The translations under genes were made by a program, and so were the position numbers. A stretch of 32,000 bases of DNA. Source: Wallemia ichthyophaga EXF-994 (lineage: Eukaryota; Fungi; Basidiomycota). The notes beneath the pieces are model-generated. The model was not told the DNA's origin and did not search any database. It was given only the letters and a program-made list of their open reading frames with translations. Below, piece after piece: positions 8,274 to 18,738 of this stretch; within the stretch, counting starts at the first letter, position 1; each line of letters starts with the position of its first letter. The stretch covers positions 30,001-62,000 of the forward strand of contig NW_008806288.1 in the NCBI RefSeq assembly GCF_000400465.1, in the 5' to 3' direction.

Positions 8274-9962
8274 TCATGTCACGGGCGCTGATGCGCCTAC
8301 AAAGTAGTCTTGTTCCATTTTATTTCTCAGCTGCGCGTCTCTCTCTTCTTTAGCAGCAATCATGCGCACATTAGCGCGGCTCTGTCGCCTTCTCGCCGCT
8401 ACCTGCGCCCACACCTGCGGCATCCACGTGTTACCTGCGACGTTCAACAGTCTGTTGTGAAGTTTAAGTGTAGAGGTACGATCGTTGATTATCCGCAAAT
8501 CTGTATCTAGTTTGGTTGTGAGATTGTTGAATGTACTGTCGTCTAATGCTCTGCCTTGGTCACTATTTAGCAAATGCACTATCTTCTCCTCATAAGCTTT
8601 CATCCATTCACGTAACTCGTCATGCTCCTTTGCCTGCTCTTTCATGATAAACGGCAGCTGCTCGAGCATATACTTGATCACTCCCATTTTCTGGTAGTGA
8701 TGGTCGAGCAATCCAAGTCTTATCGACGTGAGGAGCTGGGCAGAGAAGAAAATACGCGGAATTTTTATATGTTTATATTTCAGCGTGTCTATAGTTGCAG
8801 TTTCGAGGAGATTTTTTCTGAATGCTGCATTTGCTACTCGTTCTTCTTTGCATGCTGATATAATGTAGCGAATGTAGTGCTTCGCGAGGAATGACGGTCC
8901 TTGTCGCGTGACATGGTAAAGCAATCTGTCGAATACAGTTACTGAAAGATTTTTTCCATTCACTGCAACAGTCTCTGATGATTCTTCCTCTGGTGTTGTC
9001 TTCCATACGTATGTCTGTACACCATCCGTCTTGATTGGGTTGACTAGCGCTTCGAATACACTGATCAGCGTACTCAGATTGCTGTGGTTGCCGACGGCAT
9101 CTACTATACTCCTCAGCACCGATGGAGATACTTTGGGTGGAGAGATATGAGGATTCTGAGATAAAAAGTCGAGAAATTGAATAGGTTGATGATCTGGATT
9201 ATATATGTCAATACCATAGGTAGATTGAAGGAGTTGATTCAGTCCATCAAAGTCATGGATATCTTTCAATATAGACAAGACATAATTGTAAGTATCTTGA
9301 TTGGGCTGAATTGATTTGTTGGCCATCTCTTCTAATAAGCCTGATATCTCAGCACTGATAATCCTCTGTGGGCGTGGATCTTTGTGGTTGTTTCTGTTCT
9401 GACGGTGTATCCACCTCACGTATCCCATCAAGGTAGAATTGTAACACGCAGCATCGATTGGGAGACCGCTGTCCAAGATTTCTCTCATAATTCTCCTGCA
9501 ACCACTCCTCGAACCCATAAGGGAGAATCTATTGAGGATGAATTTGTAGTCTTCTAAGCTTGGGGAGTGGTTGTGTATGCGCATTTGATCAATTATAAAG
9601 CGCAGTCTATCCTGGTTGTGCAGATAACGCTCAATAACGTTGCGATCGAATTTCTTTGGAGGGCTGTTGGTGCATCTTTGGAGAACGAATTGGTGGATCG
9701 AGAGGGGAAGGAAACCAGCCTGATTTGAGTCAATACACTGACGATACTTTTGCCAGATTTTGTTATTCTTGTTAAGCTCTTCTGACTCCAATTCGAGCTC
9801 ATCGTAAAGCCAACGTACTGATCTCGGCAGATTCTTTGCTCTCCGCAGCTGTGAGTGAATGAGAATGAGAATTCAAATGTAGACAAAACAACGCACATTC
9901 ACACCTGTGAACTTCTCGAACAGGCTGGCTGTGTTCGCGCCCCGACGAAATCTCGAGATCAT
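8274..9962 (-). CDS. Mitochondrial pentatricopeptide-repeat-like helical protein (about 546 aa)
   Basis: Exons 9962-9897 (MISRFRRGANTASLF, Arg-rich presequence-like) and 9848-8274. 48-nt GTGCGT..CAG intron. PPR-like repeats PIDAACYNSTLMGY and PNQDTYNYVLSILKDIHDFDGLNQLL. Specific orthologue not recognised. Confidence 0.7.
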
Positions 9963-10369
9963 CAACGTAAGTGATGAAGAGAGAAATAGCTATGCATAAC
10001 TGCCGATAGCGTATAGTGTGATATTTTAGAAGTATTTTATAACTCTCCGCGCTGTCAAACTCTATTTGCCCAGGCAGCGTTGAGATGTGTTAAAACGTCG
10101 TATGGGAGATAGATCGAGTAATAATTACAAAATGAATGCTTATAAATATCAAGTATCTTCAATTAACGCAGCTGAGTAGCTGTCAAATCACAAAATTTAG
10201 ACAAGTATTTAAATGTAGCTGAGACTATTAAAATATACTTGAACTGATTTACAAATGAATTTATTAAATTTACTTGAATCTAAATTTTATTCAAGTTTAC
10301 AAGAAGACTACGACGCTTGAACCTCGACTGCTTCCACTTGAACAACTAAAATACTAAAATCAAGTCAAA

Positions 10370-11586
10370 ATGGGCTGTCTCCAGTGGGTGCTATTGATTC
10401 TTTAGTTTTACTTGAATTTTACTAACCCAGCCTTTTAGATCCACGGAAGATGCGGGTAAAGCCAGTGTGTACTTGATTCAATCTCTTTCTATCACAGCTC
10501 ACACCTTATCAAAGGAAACGATAGCATTGATCAGCAACTCAAGAAAGACCGGGCTAACCTTAGGAATGAAGTCAAGATGCTTCTCCTCGGTGCTGGTGAA
10601 TCTGGAAAATCAACCATTCTTAAGCAAATGAAGCTGATCCACCAAGGCTCTTATAGCCCGGAAGAGCGTGACGCTTATAAAGAAATTATCTTCTCAAACA
10701 CAGTTCAATCTATGAGGGTTATCATCGAGGCGATGGATATGATGGGTATCGAATTAAGAAATCCTTCAATGAACAACCAATCTGCTCAAGTCATACTCAG
10801 CTTACCTGCTCAAATTGATATCGAAATGATGACTCCTCAAGTTTTCGAAGCTATCGGCTCTCTTTGGTCTGATCCCGGTGTTCAACATACTTTTACAAAG
10901 TCTAGAGAATATCAGCTCAACGACAGTGCTCAATACTACTTCGATAGTATCGATAGAATGGCTAGCGGTGATTACCTTCCAACTGACCAGGATGTTTTAC
11001 GTTCGAGAGTTAAGACAACGGGTATAACTGAGACAACGTTTAAAATTGGTGAACTCACTTACAAGCTCTTTGATGTCGGTGGTCAACGCTCTGAGCGTAA
11101 AAAGTGGATTCATTGTTTTGAGAATGTCACTGCTATAGTTTTCTTAGTCGCAATAAGTGAATACGATCAAAAGCTTTACGAGGATGAATCAGTTAATAGA
11201 ATGCAAGAAGCTTTAACGTTATTTGATTCAATTTGCAATTCTAGGTGGTTTGTTAGAACTTCGATTATTCTCTTCTTAAACAAGATCGACATCTTCAAAG
11301 AAAAGCTAGAAGTGTCTCCAGTAAAGGATTACTTTAGTGATTACAAGGGTCAAAATGACTATGATAGTGCTTGCGAATACATATTAAATAGATTCGTCGA
11401 GCTAAACCAATCAGAAGTCAAACAAATCTATGCTCACTTTACATGCGCTACAGACACCAATCAAATCAAATTCGTCTTGTCAGCCATCAATGATATCGTT
11501 ATACAGACTAATCGTGAGTAATGAAATGAGAATATACTTTAAGTAACTCACAGACAAATACAGTCCGTGATTGCGGTCTCCTCTAA
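10370..11586 (+). CDS. GPA1: Heterotrimeric G-protein alpha subunit, fungal group I / Gi-like (353 aa)
   Basis: Exons 10370-10383, 10439-10464, 10515-11513, 11564-11586. N-terminus MGCLQSTEDAGKARNDSID (myristoyl/palmitoyl MGC). G-boxes GAGESGKS, DVGGQRSERKKW, NKID, TCATDT. C-terminus LRDCGLL*. Confidence 0.97.
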
Positions 11587-11811
11587 TCAACTTGAAAGTA
11601 GAAGTAGTCAAATTCAAATACCCAGTTTCTACGTCATGCTTTTAATCGCGTTTGCTTCTTCTTTAAACCAAGTTTATGTCTACACTACAAAGAAAAGAAG
11701 AATATTGACAAGTTCTTTTATGCATTTCATTTACATTTCCTGTTTAATAAACAAAATAAAGTTGATTTCAATTGATAAAGAGGAGTTCATAACCCATTTC
11801 AACCAACTTCG

Positions 11812-12385
11812 ATGAGTTTAACCAATTTGAAGCAATATGTCGACCCAGCAGGTGTATTCTGCTTGAACGTGGAAGATGAGAATGCTGTGAAGCAGCTCCT
11901 AGGAAGAACTGGATCTGGTATTGGATTGATTACTTCAGATGCAGACGAGAACCTGCTGTGTAGCATTGCGTTTGATCAGACAGTAAAAGTGAGCTCCTTC
12001 AAGCTCGGACACACGGATTTAGAATATGCACCTAAAGATATCAAGGTGTTCATCAACTTACCAGAACTTGATTTCGATAAGGCAGAAGATGATCTAGAGA
12101 CGCCTAAGGGTGATGCCATGGCTATTTTGACATTAAATGAGAAGCAAGCTGTTGGTGAGGAGAGTGTTCAGCTTCGTTTCGTCAGATTCCAAGCTGTGAA
12201 TTCGATACAAGTCTATGTGAAATCTAATTATGGTGGTGGGGATGTTGTGAGTGTGGTTGTGTATTCCGTATTGACTCCGCTAACTCTCCTCGCTCCCATC
12301 ACAGACCAAGATCAGTCAAGTAGACTTCTACGGACAGAGCGTTCACACGACAAAGATGAGCAACTTCGGTAAAGACGATGAATAA
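11812..12385 (+). CDS. PITH-domain protein (171 aa)
   Basis: Exons 11812-12246 and 12305-12385 (58-nt intron). ITSDADENLL, APKDIKVFIN, LRFVRFQAVNSIQVYVKSNYGGGDV|TKISQVDFYG match the PITH domain. Confidence 0.85.
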
Positions 12386-12474
12386 GCCAATTTATATAAT
12401 TGTACAATAATTCCATTAATTCATCCCTCTATCCTACAAGATTGGTTGAACTTCGACCATCATCTACAAATCTA

Positions 12475-13829
12475 ATGTCTGCTGAGTACGATAGGCACGA
12501 TCACTACGATTCGTACGACTCAAGAAAGAGATCCCGCTCGCGCTCCATCTCCCCCGACAGATTCGCCCACAAGAGGCCTCACCTCGCTCGCGAAGAAAGG
12601 GAGAAGGAGGATAAAGATGAGATGCCTTATTTAGTGCTACGCTGTCTGGTTGATACACGCGACGCTGCCGTCCTTATAGGCAGACAGGGTCTAAACATTG
12701 CACGAATCCGCCAAACCGCAGGCACAAAGCTCAATATCTCAAACTCACTTCCTTCGAATCCAGAGCGTGTAGTCACAGTTTCTGGAAAGCTGGACGCCGT
12801 GTCCAAAGCATTTGGTCTTGTAGTGCGTACACTCAACGACGAGGATTTCGACGAACCTTCTCTTCCTGGGAGCAAAGCAGTAACGCTGCGATTCACTATC
12901 CCCAATATGAAGATGGGTTTTATTATCGGTCGCTCCGGTGCTCGTATCAAGGAAATCCAAGAAGCTTCCGGTGCCAAGTTGAGCACGTCTGACTATCTGC
13001 TACCTAATTCAACAGAACGGTTGTTGTCAATTGATGGCGTGGCTGATGCTATCCACATTGCTGTTTACCACGTCGGTGGTATTTTGTGGGTATTGCGTGT
13101 TAGATGCGCGTTTCGACTAACAGTCACCATGCAGGGCTGACAATACAGCTGTGCCCTCTAGAGAAAGGAGTCGCAGGAGACCTTCGACTGGCAGCCCGTA
13201 TGGCGGTCCATCGACTTCAACTTCTTATTCAAACTACCCTGGCTACCCAGCAAGCTACGGTGCGTCGCCGTACGCTAACCCTGTGCCACCAGTCGGCGGA
13301 GGTGGCTATCCAGCTCCCCCACCAGCTGTAGATACAACGTCGCAGAGAATATACGTGCCCAACAATCTAGTAGGAGGTGAGTGGAATGAGTGACAAAATG
13401 GTGCACCTCTAACCCATACAAAGGACTAATTGGCAGAGGAGGATCCAAGATCAATGAGATTAGATACATATCTCAATGTTCGGTCAAGATTCTCGAACCA
13501 GGTGAAGGAGGCGAGCAGGCGAATGGACCAACGGTTGAACGACTGGTGGTTATAACAGGCGCGCCTAACGGTATACAGACAGCTATCCATCTGCTATCAG
13601 AGGTGAGTAGATTATTTGAGAAAGCGATTAAGAGCGTATTTGTGCTTTGTGTCTAGTGTTCTAGTGTTCAGCCATCACCTCTGTTCCTCCCTCCCACACC
13701 ACAGAACTTTACCTAAACCTCACTTTGCAGCGCATCGAGAAGGAGAAGGAGAAAGATATCTCCTATCGACCACGCCCACGCAGTCCAGTCGGTGACAGGT
13801 ATAGTAGAGGACCTAGTCCACCGATCTGA
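12475..13829 (+). CDS. Three-KH-domain RNA-binding protein (PCBP/hnRNP K/Pbp2-like, 376 aa)
   Basis: Exons 12475-13085, 13135-13376, 13424-13602, 13731-13829. Three GxxG KH loops (LIGRQG, IIGRSG, LIGRGG). RS-rich N-terminus and RP/SP-rich C-terminus. The last intron (128 nt) is the least certain. Confidence 0.88.
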
Positions 13830-13979
13830 GATCTGAGACTAAGGTAATGTACACACACACACAAACACATAACGTCATACTTGTTATCTCTATCCGACCA
13901 ACCTACACAATCTAATCTAATCTCCAATTCATCCCTTCTGATTGTAACCCTCGAGTCGCCCTACCTCCAACTGGTCCAC

Positions 13980-14836
13980 TCACTCACCTACACCTGCCTT
14001 TTGCACGAGGATTAGATGTGCACAGTCGAGACCAGGTATGTCGCCCGCCGCTGCGGATAGGTTGAGATTGAGATTGAGTTTTGTATTGCTTTGCTGCTGG
14101 TGGTGGTATAGATAGTACTCAGAGGAGTCGACAGAGAGCTTGTCTGCAAGCAGATCGAGCACTCTACCCATACTGAGTGACTTGTTCAAGTAGAAGAAAC
14201 TACACGAATCGAGATTAATATCGACATGAGAAATGGACTGGGATAGAGATACGGAAATATGCACCCGGTGGTTACTATCGAGGTGTTCGCGCAGGGGTTT
14301 AGCATTCATGCGCGTCTTCATCATCCATACGCGTCTATCAATTGGTTTGTGTTGCATGGTTTTAGTAGCCGTGCCACCCGTACTCGGCGTCATGGGCGTA
14401 GTCTTACCAAATTTAGCCCTAATAGCATCAAGTTTAGACGCTTGCTGCTTGCTCACAGAGCCTTTCTGGGCCGTTTGGATGGGTGCAGCGTGGTGGCGGT
14501 GTGCTAGACAGTACTCGCTCCCGCTGAAAGCCTCACTGGAGCAGCGAGGGAGTGTGCAAGCAACGAACACTTTGTGTGTTTTGTCGCGCTTCTGCGTGCT
14601 CTGCCGCTGGCAGCAGTCAAATACAGCCGATCTGTGCTCTGAACAGTACCTTCTGTGGCATTTCGTGCATTCGTGAATGAGGTAGTCGATATTAGGGCAA
14701 TTGAGCTACAGGTGAGTTAGAGAGTGTATACAGCCCCCCTGTAAATCACACTCACTGTACTGCATTTGCTGCCTATATCTAATAATCCTTCCTCTCGCTC
14801 TGCTTCTGGCTTCTGCTCTGATGGGGAAAATGACAT
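13980..14836 (-). CDS. AN1-type zinc-finger protein (Cuz1/ZFAND1-like, about 268 aa)
   Basis: Exons 14836-14756 and 14705-13980 (50-nt intron). LLDIGSKCST|LNCPNIDYLIHECTKCHRRYCSEHR is an AN1 finger. A second Cys/His cluster follows, and the C-terminal SMGRVLDLLADKL resembles the ubiquitin-like tail of this family. Confidence 0.8.
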
Positions 14837-14881
14837 GGGTATCGTTAATTAACAAGAATATGAATAAATAATTAAAGTCGT

Positions 14882-15936
14882 CTACTCCGCTTTGTTTTTC
14901 AACTTGTCTGCTTTGTTGCTGCTCTTCACATCAGATCTGTTCAGACGCGTTCCGAACACATCGTCCCAGTGGACGAAGAAGGGCTGCGAGAAGTTGTACT
15001 TGAGGCCAAAATGCTGGTGATGGATGTCATGGTAGTCAGAGGTATTGGCGAAGATGTATCTGAAAGGATCGAAGGGATACTGCGCGCCAGCGTGATCGGA
15101 GCAAGTTCTGTGCAGTGTCAGTGTCAGTGTGTGATGGGTGTTTAGAGGTTTTGATAAACCCACTTGTATGTCGAGAACACAAACATTACTATACTCTGTC
15201 TAGTCGACATGAAACTTGCAGCATGTGCAAGGAGCGCGCCGCACGTATCTAGTAAGAAACCTTCGATTGGGTGATTGTACAATGCTCCGAACGCATATGG
15301 AACATATAGCCTGTGATGCACCGAGTGAATATGCCTGTATAAGAATTTGTTCATGTGGAAGAGACGGTGAAGGAAATATTGGTGTGTGTCCATGATGAAA
15401 CAAGCCCATGCGAACTGAATGGCAGGTACAAACCACCAGTAAGTGAACGACGTTATACTCGCGCCGAAATGTGCAAAAACAGAAGACGTTAAGGAAGGAC
15501 CCAAAGCGAGATTCAAGAAAAAGGTGATATATCCACTGTAAGTAGCCATAGCGTGCAAGTGTTGGTTATCTGACATAAATTCATCCACGTTATCCAAAAC
15601 TAAGACGCCCAAAGCTGTTTGTACGACTTGTTGGATGATCACAGCTTTTATAACCTGGCTGACGGATACCTTGTTCTTGGATACGAGCTCGGAAGGCGGA
15701 TGTATCCTGTACTTGTCGAGTGAAGGGAGCTGATCAAGGAAATGGAAGAATAGAGAGAAAACCCAATAGCCGATAACAGGTGCAATAATTGAAGTATACT
15801 TATCAGATAAAGCTGTAAATATCTGATCCGAATTGGTGTAGTAGAACGGATAGCACGGTGTATTTGGAATAATGCTGTAATTGGGCGTGATATCCGCGAT
15901 GCCCGTACTCATATAGCTTATCGAGTTGTTGCTCAT
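14882..15936 (-). CDS. SUR2: Sphinganine C4-hydroxylase (fatty-acid hydroxylase superfamily, 332 aa)
   Basis: Exons 15936-15164 and 15107-14882 (56-nt intron). His boxes HQYFLHRLFH, HSVHHRLYVPYAFGALYNHP, DYHDIHHQ, NFSQPFF. Alternative ATG at 15912. Confidence 0.92.
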
Positions 15937-15991
15937 CGCCGGGCCTGTTCAAAGAGGAGTATTGCCACACTCAACTCACCTCCCAACGGCC

Positions 15992-16675
15992 ATGAACTTA
16001 AATTTAAAATTACCACAGCAACTCAGGCAGTACTCTACGTCTATTGATAAGCTATCCAGTTTCGGCGTTATCCACAAATCAAAGAGGCTAGGAAGAGGTA
16101 GATCCTCCAACCAAGGTAAAACTTCAGGCAGAGGTCAGAACGGTCAGAAGAGCAGGGGCGATGGCAAAGTGGCACCGTGGTTTGAAGGTGGACAGACGCC
16201 CCTCACCAAACGATTCCCAAAGACTGGTTTCTACAACTACAATCAGACAAATTACGCTACAGTACCGCTATCGAGACTGGCGCAGTGGATACAGCAGCGC
16301 AGAATAAATGCTAATACGACCATCACTATTAGGGATATAGTACACTCGAACCTCGTCCACGGACTTTCGAAGAAGGATGGCGTAAAGATACTATCTGATG
16401 TGAGTTGTGCTTTGTTCACTGGGCGTATTGTATCTGACATAACACAGCTTAAGCCAACCGCGCAACTCCCACCAGTACACATTGAAGCGTCTTCTGCGTC
16501 CAAACCTGCGATCGAAGCTATAGAGGCAGCAGGTGGTTCATTTACTCACAAATACTTCAACAAACTCTCTCTCAGACAGCACCTCAACCCTCACAAGTTC
16601 CCAATTCCCGTACACGAAGCCGCACCAACCAAGAAAGCTGATATTCTCTTCTACGATAGGGTGAGCAAGCGTTGA
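15992..16675 (+). CDS. MRPL10: Mitochondrial 54S ribosomal protein uL15m (about 211 aa)
   Basis: ATG at 15992. KRLGRGRSSNQGKTSGRGQNGQKSRG, WFEGGQTPL, SKPAIEAIEAAGG. 48-nt in-frame intron 16400-16447 (GTGAGT..CTGAC..CAG). The 3' end is uncertain because a GTGAGC lies near the stop. Confidence 0.9.
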   Translation: MNLNLKLPQQLRQYSTSIDKLSSFGVIHKSKRLGRGRSSNQGKTSGRGQNGQKSRGDGKVAPWFEGGQTPLTKRFPKTGFYNYNQTNYATVPLSRLAQWIQQRRINANTTITIRDIVHSNLVHGLSKKDGVKILSDVSCALFTGRIVSDITQLKPTAQLPPVHIEASSASKPAIEAIEAAGGSFTHKYFNKLSLRQHLNPHKFPIPVHEAAPTKKADILFYDRVSKR

Positions 16676-16722
16676 TTGAGCCATTTTGATTGAATAGATA
16701 TAAATTCTGTATACACATGTTT

Positions 16723-17306
16723 TTACTCCTCCTTCGATCCTCCTGGAACCTGTCTAAGTGTAGCGAAAGACTCTCTCTTGTTACTTCTCTCTTCGAGTGA
16801 GGGATGAGGACCGATGCCGGCCGTGAGGGTACCGCCGGCAGCCTGGAAAGCACCCATCAAAGCACCGAACAACAAGCATCCTCCAGCAGCAGCAGGAATG
16901 CTCTTGGCTGGTGTATGGTAGTGTTAGAATGTCTTCATCTATCCCATAAACTCCACTCACATCTAGCTCCTATTAATGACCCTGCCGCACATCCACCTGC
17001 CGCACTGCTGATTGCATCCTGATCACCTCTTACATTGCTCACTGCTGTCTCTGTAAATGCGAAAGTTGCGCCGACAGCAGCGAAATATGAAATTGTCGAG
17101 CCTGTTCTAGTGAAAACACCCATCGCACCTTTATTGTGCGTCTCTAGCGCATTCCTCACGGTCGACACGAGGAATCCAACACCAGAACCACCGATTGCGC
17201 CCTGGCCAGCTAATTGGAGTGCGGGAGTTGGATGAAATCCGGCTGTACAGAGTTTGTGAGCCTCGTTTGCTGTGTGTGCGGTCATCTTACTCTCTTTGAT
17301 TGGCAT
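16723..17306 (-). CDS. Tim17/Tim22-family membrane protein, most like complex I accessory subunit NDUFA11 (fungal 21.3-kDa subunit), 176 aa
   Basis: Exons 17306-16961 and 16907-16723 (53-nt intron). GFLVSTVRNAL..HNKGAMGVFTRTG, AAVGATFAFTETAVSNVRG.QDAISSAAGGCAAG and Gly/Ala-rich TM helices. Confidence 0.82.
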
Positions 17307-17612
17307 TTCTAAAGTGGTGGTCGTCTCTCAAGATGCGTTTCGGGTGCTTTGGAGGGGTTTTTGGATATTTGGAAAGGCTATATGGCGTATTTGGGTGGAT
17401 CATATTACTCACACTACTGTCGTCTTTCTCAATATCTCTCGCTCTCTGATTGGTCGAGCTTGTCGTGCAGCTGAGAATACCCCAGATATTGTAAAATACA
17501 CATTACATTAAACCCTAATAAAAGCTACGTAGCCGTGATAAATATTAAAATCTCACCTAGATATCAGTCAGTGGCAACTCGTCCAACTTGATTACCCGCG
17601 CCCATCTTCGAT

Positions 17613-18593
17613 ATGTCGACGACGATAACAGAAACAGCGACAATCAATAACCCTAAGCCAGATCAGCCAGATAATGCACCAGAACACTGTCCCGGCACAG
17701 AATCCACCGACGCAGGCAAGGCGTCTGCATGTGAAGGATGTCCGAACCAGACGACGTGCCAAACGGCACCCAAAGGACCAGATCCAGATCTACCCATAAT
17801 AAGATCACGTATGGCAGCCATTCAACACAAGATTATGATACTTAGTGGTAAAGGTGGCGTCGGTAAATCTACATTCACTTCGCAGCTCAGCTGGGCAATG
17901 TCGGCAGACGATACCAAAGAAGTCGGTATTATGGATGTTGATATTTGTGGACCATCAATCCCCACTGTTATGGGACTCGTGGGCGAGACTGTCCACCACA
18001 GCGCTAGTGGTTGGTCGCCTGTCTACGTACAGGAAAACTTGGGTGTCATGTCCATTGGATTTCTCCTTCCTGATGAGAAAAATGCCGTCATTTGGAGGGG
18101 TCCCAAGAAGAATGGACTAATTAAACAGTTCCTCAAGGATGTCGACTGGGGCGAGAATATGGACTATTTGCTCGTGGACACCCCACCAGGCACCTCAGAT
18201 GAACACCTCAGCTGTGTCAACTACCTCAAGGAATCTGGAATTGATGGTGCTGTTCTCATCACTACGCCGCAGGAAGTAGCCTTGCAGGATGTGAGAAAGG
18301 AAATCGATTTCTGTCGTAAGACTGGAATACCGATTCTAGGTCTCGTCGAGAATATGAGCGGCTTTGTATGTCCTAATTGTAAAGGCGAGAGCGAGATTTT
18401 CGCCGCAAGTACTGGTGGAGCTCAAGCTTTGGCTGATGAGCAGGGCTTGGAATTACTCGGCAAAGTGCCTCTCGATCCACGCATAGGACAGAGTTCAGAT
18501 TATGGGCTCAACTTCCTCGAGGAGTATCCCGATTCTCCTGCTACAACAGCCTACCTGGATATAATAGACAAGATCACTCAGAAAGTTGAATAG
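17613..18593 (+). CDS. NBP35: Cytosolic Fe-S cluster assembly factor Nbp35 (326 aa)
   Basis: N-terminal [19 protein letters not shown] cluster (separates it from Cfd1), P-loop [23 protein letters not shown]. Intronless. Confidence 0.97.
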   Translation: MSTTITETATINNPKPDQPDNAPEHCPGTESTDAGKASACEGCPNQTTCQTAPKGPDPDLPIIRSRMAAIQHKIMILSGKGGVGKSTFTSQLSWAMSADDTKEVGIMDVDICGPSIPTVMGLVGETVHHSASGWSPVYVQENLGVMSIGFLLPDEKNAVIWRGPKKNGLIKQFLKDVDWGENMDYLLVDTPPGTSDEHLSCVNYLKESGIDGAVLITTPQEVALQDVRKEIDFCRKTGIPILGLVENMSGFVCPNCKGESEIFAASTGGAQALADEQGLELLGKVPLDPRIGQSSDYGLNFLEEYPDSPATTAYLDIIDKITQKVE

Positions 18594-18621
18594 ACTGGAG
18601 TCTTTGAATTTGCAACTTAAC

Positions 18622-18675
18622 TAGCACAATCTGCACGACTAGCACAATTAGCACAATTAGCATAATTAGCACAAT
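18622..18675 (+). repeat. 9-bp minisatellite (TAGCACAAT)x6, imperfect
   Basis: Units: tagcacaat, ctgcacgac, tagcacaat, tagcacaat, tagcataat, tagcacaat. Lies between the convergent NBP35 and UTP11 stops. Confidence 0.85.
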
Positions 18676-18738
18676 ACCACGATCATTTTTATGAAATAAA
18701 TTATACATGTTTCTATATCGCACTGATAGCAAATCTCC

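Noticed and set aside
13851-13870. Short CA-rich microsatellites (also near 7631 and 21987)
   Set aside because: Too short and imperfect; ordinary UTR or intron low-complexity sequence.
17510-17518. AAACCCTAA telo-box in the NDUFA11-like/NBP35 spacer
   Set aside because: A single copy in AT-rich DNA with no array; it cannot be distinguished from chance.
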